64,000 nt of DNA, taken from Candidatus Omnitrophota bacterium (lineage in GTDB: Bacteria; Omnitrophota; Gorgyraeia; Zapsychrales; Zapsychraceae). The notes below the pieces were generated by a model. That model was not told where the DNA came from. It was given only the letters and a program-made list of their open reading frames with translations, and ran no database searches. The stretch spans positions 61 to 64,060 of the forward strand of contig JAGQKV010000002.1 in NCBI GenBank assembly GCA_020429915.1. Reading direction: 5' to 3'. The translations under genes and the position numbers were made by a program. Position 1 is the first letter of the stretch; the number at the start of each line of letters is the position of its first letter. Shown in pieces: positions 30,101 through 39,475 of this stretch.

Positions 30101-33100
30101 ATGATCGTAGGCGACCTGGTCTTCCGGTATCAGCCGTCCTCTTTCATCCCGGCGCTTGAGGACCTTGTAACGGATGCCGCCCTGTGCCAGGGATCCGGTC
30201 CCGTTCGGCCGGTCAACAATTTGTGTGAGGGCATAGAAGTATCCGGGACGGTACGAGAAGACGTAGTCCACCACCCGCGGGTCGTCGGTCAGGGCGCGGC
30301 CGCTGATGACCAGGGTCACGGGATCATAATCCTTGCGCATGGCCGTGTAGATATTGGAAGATTTAACATGACGGACCGCGTTGTTAAAGACTTTGTTCAG
30401 CCAGGCCGTACCGGAATGTTCGATCATCTCCTGGACGTTTTCCGCAGAGGTCTCCCCGGCGAAGTAACGGTCGAAGGCGGCCACGATCTCAGGATTATCC
30501 GCCAACTCCTGGCGGGCGGCGATGCCGTCGAATTCAAAATCATCCGCGGCAGCGGCGTAAAGTTCCAGGAATTGAGTCGCCGCCAACAGGGCGTCTTTAA
30601 CCGCGGGGCTGATCTGTTCATCCGGGATGGCATTGAGACCCGAGCGGTAGTTCCGCTGGCGACGGATGTCGGACAGGAACACCTTTTCCGGCTGGCTCAA
30701 TTCGCGGCTGGCGCGGATCATGTCCGGGATATCCAAATCCGCCGCGGCAAACTCTTCTCTTAAGTATTCATGAGTATATTCGGTGGCGGCCTCCTGATCC
30801 GCGGTTTGCCGGCCGATCCGCGAGATGAGTTCGTGGGTCAGTAGTAATCGCCGCAGCTTGTCGACTTTGTCGCTGAAAAAGTACGGGTGAAGTATCACTA
30901 CTTTCTTCCCGACGCTCGAATGGGCCGCGAACGGATTTCCGTTTTCGGCCACGGGCAGCTTGTAGACGATGTCGTCTCTGTTTTGAGTGGTGGTGTCGGT
31001 CGTGATGACGATACGGAAGTCCCGCAACCGTTCGAGTACGACCGGATCGGTTTCGGGGCGTTTCAGGAGGCGCTCGATTTCGTCAATGAGGACCCCCGCG
31101 TATTCCGCATAGCGACCGTTATCGTCCGTATCAATCTGGACTTCCCCGTCGATGATCTGGACCCGCATTTCGACGGGCGACTCGAGTTTCAAAACCTGTT
31201 CGGTTAAGGGCACCGTTAAGTCGGCGAACGTGGCCATATCGCTGTGGTTGTCGATCCGGCCGAGGACAGCGCTGTCCTGTGCGACCGGCAGGCCCCCGCT
31301 AAGGGCGGCCTTGCGCAGCGGCACTTTTCCTTTTTCCAGAGCGTCAAGATATTCCACGGCGCGCGTCAGGGTTTCGTCGATATGGATCATTAATTCCGTT
31401 AAGCGGTCCGCATCCGCGGGCAGTAATCCCCGTAGCAAAAAGGCGCGGTCCTGGATCTGGTGATAGTCAACGACCAGGTCTTCGACGGTGCGTTGGGCGG
31501 CCTGCGGAGCATACGGTCCGAACTTGAAGGCGTCGAGAAAACGCTGATTCACGAAGCTGTACAAAGTCTGGGCCTCGCGCCAATTCGCCGGTTCTCCCTG
31601 GTTTGCCGCGGCAATGGCGGTCCAGTGTTCCAGGTCCTGTTGTTTGACCTGGATCATCCGGCGCAGTTCTTCGGCCGGCGCTGTGGACACCCAGCGGATC
31701 ATTTCCAAGGTGGCGTCGGCCCCGTCCTTCAGGCTTTTCAGGCGCTGGATCAGGGTTTGCGGGACTTCGTTGCCAACGGCGATCCGTCGGTTGATGTCAC
31801 CCGAAATTTCCGCCAGCTGCCGGTCAAAGTCGATTTCAAATTTCCGGAGGGCCGACTCCCGGACCTCCTGCGCCCGGGCATTCGAAAAGAAATCCAGGGG
31901 ATCGTACATCAGGAAGTAAATCACAGCGCCCAGGCCCGTCAGGCCCAGACCGAGGCGGAACACGTCGCGCCGGTTCAGCATGGCCATATCCTTGGAGACC
32001 GAATAGTCGGTGAAGGTGATCTCGCGGATCACCTCCGCATCAAAATAGCCGGCTCCCGTAAAGATGGCGGACGGTTGCAGATCATCGTCCACCCGTTCGA
32101 AAATTGTTCGTACGGGATTTTGCGGATCGTCCCGGGTCACGATCTCCAGCGGAGTTCCCCGGTTGATCAGTCGGCCGTCCGGGCGGGTGCCGCGCTGGAA
32201 ATTGACAAAGTCGGCCAGCGACGGAAAGCGCATCTTGACGGCAATGACCATACCGTTGACCGTGACGTATTCCCTGACGTACGGCGTGTACAGGAAGTTG
32301 AACCGGATCTCGGCGAGAGCGGCGGCGATCTCTTCGGTGTCCATGTCCGTACTCGGACCGACGCGTTCGGCAAAGAGACGCCAGTCTATTGAGGAACTGA
32401 TGATATGAAACAGGCTGCGCATCAGACCGATCGGATAGTCCAGGGTGTATCCGTCCGGAGAGGCGTTGAGTGAGAGTACGACGTCCCTGGTCAGGGACTC
32501 CGGCAGCATGGCCACAAAGGTATGTTCGGTCTCAAAGATATCGCGGGTAATCGCCGCGGGATCGTAGGGCTGCCGGTGACGTGTTAATGTTTGGCGCAAG
32601 GCGTTTGAGATTTGAGCCCGGATGCGTTGGTCCAGCTGCATGTCGTCGGCCAGGACCTCCCAGCGGATAACAGCTTGTTCGATACTCAGGGCCTCGCCCA
32701 GGGCCGTGGCGACGACCTCTTCCTCGACCCCCAGACGTTCGGCGATGGTGTCCACCGCATCAATGAGCACGGCTGCGTCGGCCTCCACATAGGGTAACGT
32801 GAAGAGTTCGGCCACGTTCTGATCGAGGTAGCCCAGTGTCTTCCCGGTTGCGTCTTCGGAGACAATGGCAACGATCCGTCCGGCAAAATCCGTTTCGTCC
32901 GCGAAAAACCACGTCAGTAATTTATCGCTGACAGCGGCCCGGTCGCTCAGGTCCGTCCGTTCGGGAAAGAAGCGGCTTAAATATTCCAGGACGCGCTGGG
33001 AATCGGTAACCGTTGTCGGCTGGAGTTCTTCCAGTGGAACCGGCGTGTTTTGGGCCAGTGCCGTTTCGATTTGTTCGCGTAGCCGGCGTAAACGCATGCG

Positions 33101-36100
33101 GTGCGCGCGGTCCGGTCCGTCGGCAAGCAGGGCTGCGTCATCGGTATAACGGGATAGATACGCCAGATTGTCGCCTTGCAGGATGAGCCGTAGCGCGGAA
33201 AACTCGTCTACGATGTAGCGGACCAGCAGATCGGCTGTTGTGTGGCGCCGCAGATACAGCTGCTCGAGCAACTGGCCGATGGGACTCGACCGCAAGGCGC
33301 GCGCCTCGGGTGCGTCCGGCAACTCATCGATATCATTCAGCAATGGTAACGCGTTGAGCAACGGCGCCAAAAGTTGATAAAATTCACGCGCCTCGTCACG
33401 GGATAATTCGACATGATACTCCTGCGGGTCGTCCCGCAGAATCCCGATTACATCGTCAATATTGGTCCCGTCGAATTGTAGCAATGCCCTGGCCAAACGG
33501 CGTTGGTCGTTGTTAAACAGAAGATAGCGGATCCGGTTTTCCAGTGATTCGCGTGCCCGGCGGATCACCACGTCCTGCATTCCCTGCATGAATTCTCCTT
33601 GCGGGCTCATTCCGATCAGGTCGCGGTATTGCTGCAGTGCCAGACCGACTTTCCGGACAGCCAGCACATCGAGCGGATGGCCGTAGATCAGGTTCGAGAG
33701 GATTGCGTCTCTGACGATAGCCAGGCTCGGCTCGCTGAGCTTCAGCCGGGGATCATTCAATCCCCGTGCCCATGCTAAATTCTCGAGGAATTTTTCAACA
33801 TCCGGGATTTCCCTTTGCTCCATCCAGGCCTGAAGATCATCGTCTTTGGCCAACAGGGCGGTGTCCGCCTGGACGCGGATATCAGCATTGTCCAGGCTGG
33901 TAGTAAGAGTGCGGCTTAAGGAAGCCAGCACGGCCCTGTCCGCCGCGGATCCGGCAAGCAATTCGCGGGGCAGGTCCGTGGAAATGGTCGCCAGCCATGT
34001 CTCGAGCATCCCGCGGGCGCGCCGCACATAGGCGCGCAGTTCTTTTTCACCGGTTGCCTCCGCAGGGACTTCCAGATACATTCCGGATATGACCTTATCG
34101 TCGACCAGCCACAGGTAAGGCGCCTCGGCCCGCGGCAGGATTGTTGATTCTGACAGGCGGAACAACGGCGCCAGGGCGAACTGGTCGGCCAGGTAGCGCT
34201 GCACCTGCCGGGTCAGGCCGATCTGCCGTCGGTCGATGACTTCGGGCCCGACCGACCACAGCCGGATAGCCGAGGTTTCGATCTCTTCGCCTTGATTGTC
34301 CATGAACACGCCCTTCTCAACCACAGCGTCGATTCCTTCATTATCAATACGGCTGAGGGTTTCGTTCATGGATTGAATGCCGAACAAGAGCCGGATGCGG
34401 TCCGTCGCCGACAGCATGGCCGCGTCATTGCCTCCGTCGAATTCGGGTTCGTCCAACGGATTCAGCTCGGGCGCGCCGGCCGGTTTCCAGGTGATGGATA
34501 CCCGGTTCGCCAAGGTAGAGATGCTGACCTCGCCGGGTTGATTGGTCGGGTTCGCCCGTTTCAGTTTTCCTTCGACAAAGGCCAACAGGCCTTCGGGCGT
34601 GCCGGCTGTATCCCAGCGCACCAGCGGCGCGTGGTTCAGGAGGACCAGGACCGGGAGTTTTTCCTCGTATTGCTGATTATAGGTTTCAGCGTAGGTCATC
34701 GCGGCGGTCAGGGCGGCTTGCAACCGGTGTTGTTCAATTACGATCATCGCTTCATCCCGCCGTAGCTCGACGCGACTGTCGTCGGCGATCTGGGTTTGAC
34801 GATAGGCACGGCGCGGGACCGCCTTACCGTTGACCAGAACGACGGTCCGTTCGATATCCCGGCGTCCGACGCGCAGCAATCCCTCCACCGAGATTCCCGG
34901 CTCGACGTAATACGGTCTTTGATTGCCCTTTTCGTTAGTGATATTCAAGCGGTAGCGGGATTGGTGCTGGGCATCTTCCTTGATATTCCAGACGATTCCG
35001 TACAATTCATCCACGACGTCCTGACCGGCCACGGCCTCCGCTGGCAGGCGGATCAGGATCGCTCGCGCCTCTTTGATGCGACGGGCGGCCCGGATGAGTC
35101 CGGGTTCGGGATTGTCTACGGTAAAATAGTCGTCCTCGAGATCGTTCAGCAGTTGCAGAGCGGCCTCAAATTCCTCGTCATTGATGGCCTGGGTGATTTC
35201 CTCGCTGCGATCGATAATGTCCTGCCGGCGGAATTCAGCGAACAGGCTGGCGGCGCTTTCTTTAAGGTTGGTGGCGATCCGTTCGATATCCGTCAGACGG
35301 TCGTTGAGCCGCGTGATGATCCGTTGAAGATGCAGCTCGGCCCGTTTAAACGCGTCCTGGGCGATCAGCTCGATGACCGGAGTGAAATCGATGGCCGCGG
35401 TCACCTTGGATTCCACGAAACCGCGTTCGGTCCACTTTTGCAACTCCTCCAGTTTTTCGGTAATCACCACGCGGTCGCGCCGGGACAACGTAACGGCCCG
35501 GCCGCGTTCCTGACGCTGCGAAGCGCTCTTGAGTTTCTTGGCGTAGTAATCCAGATCGGTTTTGTTTTTCAGAATGACCATATACTCGGCCAGCTCGGAG
35601 GCGATTTTTCGAATCTGGCCTTCAAAGGCCTTGCGCCGGCTGCGGTAGCGGACATCGTCCCATACCATCAGCTTCGGCGATTGAATGCGCTCGGTCAACT
35701 CTGTGACACGGTCCTTGATGTTATCCTTGAGTTCGCCCTTGGCCAGGGCTTCTCCTTCCGGCAGAGTCGTGATGATATCACGCAAAGCACGCAGATCTGT
35801 CTCAATATCTTTGTAGGTCTCCAAAGTTTTAAAGTATCGCAGCCGGTAGATTCCCAGCAGGAAATTGATCTGTTTTATAGCCGCGTCGATCTCGCCTTTA
35901 TTGGCCAGACGGCGGATCCGGTCGAGACGGGTGTGAACGTTCACCGGACGTTTTTGCCGTACGGTGACCCGCGGTTCGTCTTCTCCGCTTTTGGGTTTTT
36001 CGATATCGATGTCAAAGGTACCCAACCGGTATGTCCGGACCCGGTTGCCGACCCAATCCTGAGTCTCGATCACGCGCCGGAATTTGCGGCCGCGCAGGCG

Positions 36101-39100
36101 CTGGATGCGGTATTCCAATTCAATCTCGAGGGCGCTGGCGCTGTTGATGGCCCCCTCCAGGGCGTTCATGGCCGGCGTCGGATGGCGGATGCCGTCGCGG
36201 GATTGGCCGGTTTGCAGCAGTCCGGCCACCATCAGCTGTGTCTTGATCATCAGCCGGTTGGTGCGGATCGCCAGCAGGTTGAGCCGCGCCAGCGCTTCGC
36301 GGTCTCCGAGTGCATCGGCGCGGCGTATCTGCGCGGAAATGCGGCGTCGGTCGCGCTTCAGGTCCTTGAGCGCATCGCTGTAAAAATCATATCCTTTCTT
36401 AAGGACGATATTCACCGGCATTTCGTTGAAGAGTTGACGCATATCCAGGATCAGCTGCTGCTCGCGGCGCTCGATTACCGCCAGATCGTCGTCGGTCTCA
36501 GCGTTACGGCGCAGGGCCATGATGGCCTCGGACTCACCGTAAAGCAGACCCAGCCGTTGGCGGATTTCGATGGAGGCCCGGCGTTCATTGTTGCGTTCGT
36601 TCTCTTCCCGTTCGGGTACGAGCCGGTACTCCCGCGGTTTGATCTCCAGGCGGTCGGCGGCGTCCGACAGCATCGCGAGGTCTGTGCTGATCGGCAACCC
36701 TTCAAAGAAATTGGCATGCACATCAATGTAGACGCCGTTCTCGATCACATACATCAGCACCTGTCCGCGCTTTGTCTCCAGATGCTTTGCTACCGATTGG
36801 GTGGCCACAGGCAAGATCGTATCGAGCGGCTGGTCTGCCGGATAACGCCCGACGATGTCGCCGTTTATGTAGACAAGCAATTCACGTTCGTTTTCCCTGG
36901 CGAGTTGATGGGCATCCCGCATGGACGTGCGAAAATCGGTATCCGAGAGCAACAGGGCCTCGTCGACCTGTCCGCGGTTCATTCCGGCCGGAACGACCAC
37001 TGTTGCCTCCGCACCTTCGGTCAATCCGCTGGCGGAAAGTTGGGCCGGCAGGTCCGCGGAGGTATTCAGATAGATGCTGCTGCCGGCCGAATAGATCGTC
37101 AACTTGCCGCGGCGTGAGGCCAGCTCCTTTTGCAGTTGGGTTTTGAGGCCGTCCAGAACGGCGTCCAGGTTTATGCCCGGATCGATGCTGCGCAGCCGTT
37201 CGCCGTCGAGAAACAGATACACTTTGGTCGCCTGCTTTTGCGCGGAGGCAAAGGTCTCCCGCAGGATTGACTCAAAGGCGGCCTCGGGAAATTCAATGGA
37301 TTGTCCGGAAGATAATCCCGGCAAGCGGTGGATGATGATCGGGACGAGACCGGGGTCAGAAGTGACTGAGGTCGCCGCTTCCACGCTGAAGCTGAAATGA
37401 TCGTGCAGGTCCGCGGAGGTGTCCAGATAGATGCTGCCTCCCGCGCGGAACATGGTCAGGTTGCCGGTCCGCCGGCCGAGTTTGGCCTGGGCCACCTCAA
37501 GAGCTTCACTGCGGGCCTGGTCCGGATCGGTCGAATTCGAAAACTGTTTGATGACGTCTCTGTCGAGATAAACGAAGACATCCTGACCGCGTTGGAGAGC
37601 ATCTGCGAAGGCATCCATCAGCATTGCCCCGAAGGCGTCTTTCGGAACGCGGATCGTCCGGTCGATGATCAGGGCGTTGGGGGCCGGGGTGATGCGTATG
37701 ATCTTCCCGTCGAAGCCGACATTGATGTTGCCGACCAGGGCCTCGGCCTTGTCGATGTGCTCCTCGCCGATGAGTCCATGCGCGCTTTGCGGCAGTTCGG
37801 CGGCGATGCGATCCCGCAGCAAGCGGCGATAGGTCGCGACCAGTCGCGACATTTTATGCGCCAGTGCGATCCGTTGCGGGTTCGGCCGGGTTATGCCCGG
37901 TTCCAGAGTCGCGGGATCCCATTCGTCGTAGCCGGTGGCCGTGCGGATAAAGTATTTTCCGGAGCGCCGGGACAGCGGAGCCAACTCTTCCTCGCTTAAC
38001 TCGTCAAGTGGCCGGTCGATTTCCGTGGGGTGCTGGGCGAGCTGCTGTTCGGTCTGGTCGATGGTCTGTGCGTAAAGTCCGAGCAGGATCGCGCGGTGCA
38101 AATGATGTAAGGCTTGGGTGCCGGGGTCGCTGCTCAATCGCAGTAAACGTTTTTCCAGGACATTCAGCTGTCCGGCGACAATCGGAATCGCGTCTTCTCC
38201 GCTGGCCAATAGCCGTCTGATGGCGTTTTGGCGCATACGCGGACTGGCCCACGACAGGCGGTTGAGCAGATGTTCTTCCATCGTGGAAGCGAAAACGGCT
38301 TGGTCGTCCCCTTCATTCTGGCGAAGCCCGGCATAAGTTTGCACCGTGTGATAATTCCTGGTCAATGCCGCCGTACGGAGTCTTTCCGTCATGCCTTCGG
38401 TGATAGACTCAGCGGAGAGCTGAGCCATGTCGACACCGCCCGAGAAATAACGGCGCGGGATGGGGGTGCCGGTATCCGGATCCTGGTCTTCGCGGATGTA
38501 GTCAAAAACTCCCTTTTGCAAGGCCGCCAGGTATTGGTTATAGATCGACTCTTTGACATCCCGGTCTTCAATCTCAATGCCGTCGACCTTGTTGCGGTTG
38601 ACGTATAACCGCCCGAGAATGCTGTCGCGCAGATTTTTTTTGTACCAGGCCGCTAATATCAGAGAATGGAATATTTGCCGCAGCGGGGCAAAGTTGCGGC
38701 CGGAATTAATTTCACGTTCGATTTCGGGAATGAGGATTTCGCGTACGACATCATCCGAGATCCCGGTCAGGACTTCGTCATCCGTCGTCCCGGAGTTCAA
38801 CGCCGCGTGATGGCGCAGGGCCAGATAGTCCTCTTCCAGCATGACCTTCAGATGACTGTCGGCAATAAAGACATTCGGTCCGTTCACATAGATCTGCGCG
38901 CGCTCCGGAATGATCCAGATCTTGTTGAAGGTATTCATCGGGATCTCGGTTGTCCCGAAGCGCTGCAGCGCCTTTTGTTGCACGCGATCCCAGAAGCGGC
39001 GGCCGAGCTCGTCTTCCGGATACATCATCGACGCGCTCAACTGTTTAAGCAGATAGTCCTGGGCGAGCATGTCCCGGCCCATGGCCGTGTGGCTGAGCGG

Positions 39101-39475
39101 GTCGGCAATAATCCTGTCTTCTTCATAAGGTGACAGGTTGACCCACAGCTCGTTTTCCGGCACGGTGAGCGCGGCGAAAAAGTAATGGATGAGTTTTTGA
39201 GAGGCGGCGGTCAGATCGTCGCCGGCGGCCTGGTCGTCGCCGGTATCGATGAGGAAATTGATTTGCAGGGGATCTTCGGGGGAGAGTTGAATGCCGGTGA
39301 CAATCGGCGGCGTGAAGGTCTCGCTGGTCTCGACGCGCGCCCCGGGTACCGGCATCAGCGCAGTCTGCGCGTAAACAGCCTGCGGTGCGACGAGGCTGAC
39401 GGTAAAGCTGCAGATGACCAGCCAAACGACCGTGTTCCGGCCAATGTCGCTCCATTTGTGCAGACCCATAATCAT
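24197..39475 (-). CDS. Giant (~5,090 aa) multidomain protein with signal peptide, tandem repeats, two TM helices and two tandem Glu/Leu/Phe/Val-type dehydrogenase (large-GDH-like) modules
   Basis: Uninterrupted 15.4 kb ORF (track 24197..39607). Preferred start is ATG 39475 (MIMGLHKW...) with GGAAGGGGG 9 nt upstream, giving signal peptide MIMGLHKWSDIGRNTVVWLVICSFTVSLVAPQAVYA|QT. Module 2 (~25900..27810) carries TKGGIRY, GYAGAK, GGPDVGM and Rossmann AVVGAGDVGGSIALKMVRGGIRVVAISDINGVVY..., then EGSNNAF...GILAVSGMSVNFGGVKGS, matching ELFV_dehydrog motifs. Module 1 (~28950..30600) is a diverged copy (QGGIRY, SGAK, GATTGGSLALML...VVAIEDINGTVY). TM helices at ~31900..31960 and ~25050..25100. Confidence 0.85.
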   Translation of the reverse strand: MIMGLHKWSDIGRNTVVWLVICSFTVSLVAPQAVYAQTALMPVPGARVETSETFTPPIVTGIQLSPEDPLQINFLIDTGDDQAAGDDLTAASQKLIHYFFAALTVPENELWVNLSPYEEDRIIADPLSHTAMGRDMLAQDYLLKQLSASMMYPEDELGRRFWDRVQQKALQRFGTTEIPMNTFNKIWIIPERAQIYVNGPNVFIADSHLKVMLEEDYLALRHHAALNSGTTDDEVLTGISDDVVREILIPEIEREINSGRNFAPLRQIFHSLILAAWYKKNLRDSILGRLYVNRNKVDGIEIEDRDVKESIYNQYLAALQKGVFDYIREDQDPDTGTPIPRRYFSGGVDMAQLSAESITEGMTERLRTAALTRNYHTVQTYAGLRQNEGDDQAVFASTMEEHLLNRLSWASPRMRQNAIRRLLASGEDAIPIVAGQLNVLEKRLLRLSSDPGTQALHHLHRAILLGLYAQTIDQTEQQLAQHPTEIDRPLDELSEEELAPLSRRSGKYFIRTATGYDEWDPATLEPGITRPNPQRIALAHKMSRLVATYRRLLRDRIAAELPQSAHGLIGEEHIDKAEALVGNINVGFDGKIIRITPAPNALIIDRTIRVPKDAFGAMLMDAFADALQRGQDVFVYLDRDVIKQFSNSTDPDQARSEALEVAQAKLGRRTGNLTMFRAGGSIYLDTSADLHDHFSFSVEAATSVTSDPGLVPIIIHRLPGLSSGQSIEFPEAAFESILRETFASAQKQATKVYLFLDGERLRSIDPGINLDAVLDGLKTQLQKELASRRGKLTIYSAGSSIYLNTSADLPAQLSASGLTEGAEATVVVPAGMNRGQVDEALLLSDTDFRTSMRDAHQLARENERELLVYINGDIVGRYPADQPLDTILPVATQSVAKHLETKRGQVLMYVIENGVYIDVHANFFEGLPISTDLAMLSDAADRLEIKPREYRLVPEREENERNNERRASIEIRQRLGLLYGESEAIMALRRNAETDDDLAVIERREQQLILDMRQLFNEMPVNIVLKKGYDFYSDALKDLKRDRRRISAQIRRADALGDREALARLNLLAIRTNRLMIKTQLMVAGLLQTGQSRDGIRHPTPAMNALEGAINSASALEIELEYRIQRLRGRKFRRVIETQDWVGNRVRTYRLGTFDIDIEKPKSGEDEPRVTVRQKRPVNVHTRLDRIRRLANKGEIDAAIKQINFLLGIYRLRYFKTLETYKDIETDLRALRDIITTLPEGEALAKGELKDNIKDRVTELTERIQSPKLMVWDDVRYRSRRKAFEGQIRKIASELAEYMVILKNKTDLDYYAKKLKSASQRQERGRAVTLSRRDRVVITEKLEELQKWTERGFVESKVTAAIDFTPVIELIAQDAFKRAELHLQRIITRLNDRLTDIERIATNLKESAASLFAEFRRQDIIDRSEEITQAINDEEFEAALQLLNDLEDDYFTVDNPEPGLIRAARRIKEARAILIRLPAEAVAGQDVVDELYGIVWNIKEDAQHQSRYRLNITNEKGNQRPYYVEPGISVEGLLRVGRRDIERTVVLVNGKAVPRRAYRQTQIADDSRVELRRDEAMIVIEQHRLQAALTAAMTYAETYNQQYEEKLPVLVLLNHAPLVRWDTAGTPEGLLAFVEGKLKRANPTNQPGEVSISTLANRVSITWKPAGAPELNPLDEPEFDGGNDAAMLSATDRIRLLFGIQSMNETLSRIDNEGIDAVVEKGVFMDNQGEEIETSAIRLWSVGPEVIDRRQIGLTRQVQRYLADQFALAPLFRLSESTILPRAEAPYLWLVDDKVISGMYLEVPAEATGEKELRAYVRRARGMLETWLATISTDLPRELLAGSAADRAVLASLSRTLTTSLDNADIRVQADTALLAKDDDLQAWMEQREIPDVEKFLENLAWARGLNDPRLKLSEPSLAIVRDAILSNLIYGHPLDVLAVRKVGLALQQYRDLIGMSPQGEFMQGMQDVVIRRARESLENRIRYLLFNNDQRRLARALLQFDGTNIDDVIGILRDDPQEYHVELSRDEAREFYQLLAPLLNALPLLNDIDELPDAPEARALRSSPIGQLLEQLYLRRHTTADLLVRYIVDEFSALRLILQGDNLAYLSRYTDDAALLADGPDRAHRMRLRRLREQIETALAQNTPVPLEELQPTTVTDSQRVLEYLSRFFPERTDLSDRAAVSDKLLTWFFADETDFAGRIVAIVSEDATGKTLGYLDQNVAELFTLPYVEADAAVLIDAVDTIAERLGVEEEVVATALGEALSIEQAVIRWEVLADDMQLDQRIRAQISNALRQTLTRHRQPYDPAAITRDIFETEHTFVAMLPESLTRDVVLSLNASPDGYTLDYPIGLMRSLFHIISSSIDWRLFAERVGPSTDMDTEEIAAALAEIRFNFLYTPYVREYVTVNGMVIAVKMRFPSLADFVNFQRGTRPDGRLINRGTPLEIVTRDDPQNPVRTIFERVDDDLQPSAIFTGAGYFDAEVIREITFTDYSVSKDMAMLNRRDVFRLGLGLTGLGAVIYFLMYDPLDFFSNARAQEVRESALRKFEIDFDRQLAEISGDINRRIAVGNEVPQTLIQRLKSLKDGADATLEMIRWVSTAPAEELRRMIQVKQQDLEHWTAIAAANQGEPANWREAQTLYSFVNQRFLDAFKFGPYAPQAAQRTVEDLVVDYHQIQDRAFLLRGLLPADADRLTELMIHIDETLTRAVEYLDALEKGKVPLRKAALSGGLPVAQDSAVLGRIDNHSDMATFADLTVPLTEQVLKLESPVEMRVQIIDGEVQIDTDDNGRYAEYAGVLIDEIERLLKRPETDPVVLERLRDFRIVITTDTTTQNRDDIVYKLPVAENGNPFAAHSSVGKKVVILHPYFFSDKVDKLRRLLLTHELISRIGRQTADQEAATEYTHEYLREEFAAADLDIPDMIRASRELSQPEKVFLSDIRRQRNYRSGLNAIPDEQISPAVKDALLAATQFLELYAAAADDFEFDGIAARQELADNPEIVAAFDRYFAGETSAENVQEMIEHSGTAWLNKVFNNAVRHVKSSNIYTAMRKDYDPVTLVISGRALTDDPRVVDYVFSYRPGYFYALTQIVDRPNGTGSLAQGGIRYKVLKRRDERGRLIPEDQVAYDHFQNTFAEVDLISRSKFARNTITQTPFSGAKTVMSVFPDSKNIKTVLLKSLARSYVDAGVASRYVIGTESGMTAKDQDTLAQAIGTRYRDHLRNELELMKTIPSIGEDLSKIKSTSQYGMLLAELEDGAETPRRFLHDPLMDSLRQRVVASMHLGQQNGGTSLVKLFNSRLESEIARTIGSAATGRLTDTEFNALKEWSLTAFSAAMSIEAIDEYLPDRDLRSRKIGIRGATTGGSLALMLTRMGYQVVAIEDINGTVYKKEGFSVRDLQRLDNIALNERNVLKWMPAESTGVRHLPLGSLGDKDMIDLDILISMAPGHKLDEGAIDRLRSLDDDPDRDPLIYIEGGFNSINGYERTLHRKGILAFSATSIGFGGAYGSYLEDYIKHRFTTEQLQRIIVRSEGTDVVTSPAIRVNDRFTVTNYTGSEVLGEIVMQDGRVIHSTVADILAGTNLDLFEGRLTSQGIQLPYRHRDQVKTLIWDNFVVKLDSQGKIIASNHPDLRQGNSAVFIDPVQEIRVTAYQDIKGIAKRMNTMVMELARNGADAEKLELKMMPSQAVRKVTKMIAAKKRELDTSDDERVEEAIQRIVDKFETDGFFFPLNVARKIAIKRLVSASDLSIKVGKDTYVFNAEGRLEQRTATDSDDVLAAVRMREALSGSFDSSLKTARMAEASLREQESRALQAQNFIGLDKRLKTSDAAMTTPVATGASIEEQVLGAADTQKRKTRPEALRYLNSQRDQKTNRAGLDQVLADVEPRRRDILLGAATFLEILSHYEVKHNRGEYFDGIAAIEELVAHPQIAAAMIRYLYNPQGEEEALEELLAGSETQWLTILYERAVKNITATSADVVEPEKREETSGGSREAIAIRFKGVPLTGFENKKEIVFIYLPDRFYAITQLVDLSEADHTKGGIRYAEPVARANDPQKRNIDEVAHDIMKGAYEDLNNLSVSQYSKNVLAGIGYAGAKTYFGVNQDATSLKDDLLRAWARAMVDVGLMEVYDGGPDVGMSSDNQETIIAGIVRRYTMHLMNEVRTMHAHGVDIFNLTLSSYGRALAEIERDTGRKFLDDSLIGFMRKRLLLELPKGKENGSVVVERVFNRKLKDEIVKIIGSAVTGGSAKVGAISHVELAVTGDSTWHSIKTILEYKGIHPATQRAAVVGAGDVGGSIALKMVRGGIRVVAISDINGVVYKPEGFTIAELQDLNNISPGERNVLQWMPEQEGVQHLKGAQILDTEAVDINLLVPAAMGGFIKKPLQQRPVSVRRALENANLEGRVTEQMIEELNAFLAEYEGDDELIIGRKIRDLLDSTSDPARSSYSLTLGNALDRLEERGWSGVSLLKADADEPEMEDIIIIEGSNNAFIGVEQELKEAGILAVSGMSVNFGGVKGSTKEAMLKHQLTVRELRTITLRSADGDVIPTETNTEVTEVVNLVTDKDSVEAGQVIIHNGIVVASDIEEITIGANVDPLNGRLFHRGDDLGYTVASLRRRLSWDNYAVEQQGYGLITSSNHPDIKIGEHYEYLDPLDQIKIELYDEIAQIARRNNIMVMELSEKYDMTPTEAVVRLAKALGQRKAEIYAATDGEDLIKRDAIVARFKKDKFFMADHIMRNIAAIQVATESNLSVPIGEETVTFDANGYIVDGAILAAERQAEPSVVRDSRSYATPDMAVLDEILRDPERILLVAGSAALAGLVGYRMFRRWQNFRNRDRDRDDQAMTATSRPDAAVTPLKTRLRSKVLTLIGGKMIEGGADVGALDWITEENIAEATRLYQRDGDFIARVRFAPLDRVEISAVKKDQAMTADEARKLLEDMVPFYLHHLITDEDVATTVRHNGSVRVDVESPDPIAGDLKWDELAATGISVIPLDQALTAEEPGGIDFDTRNMNLQITGDAFEFITPEGTAMPVNPLQIRGVQPVIINITPLPNLIPLLGLEDNDDGDTRSVQQDPAGTARLSRRTSPESDARASLIQSLASVL

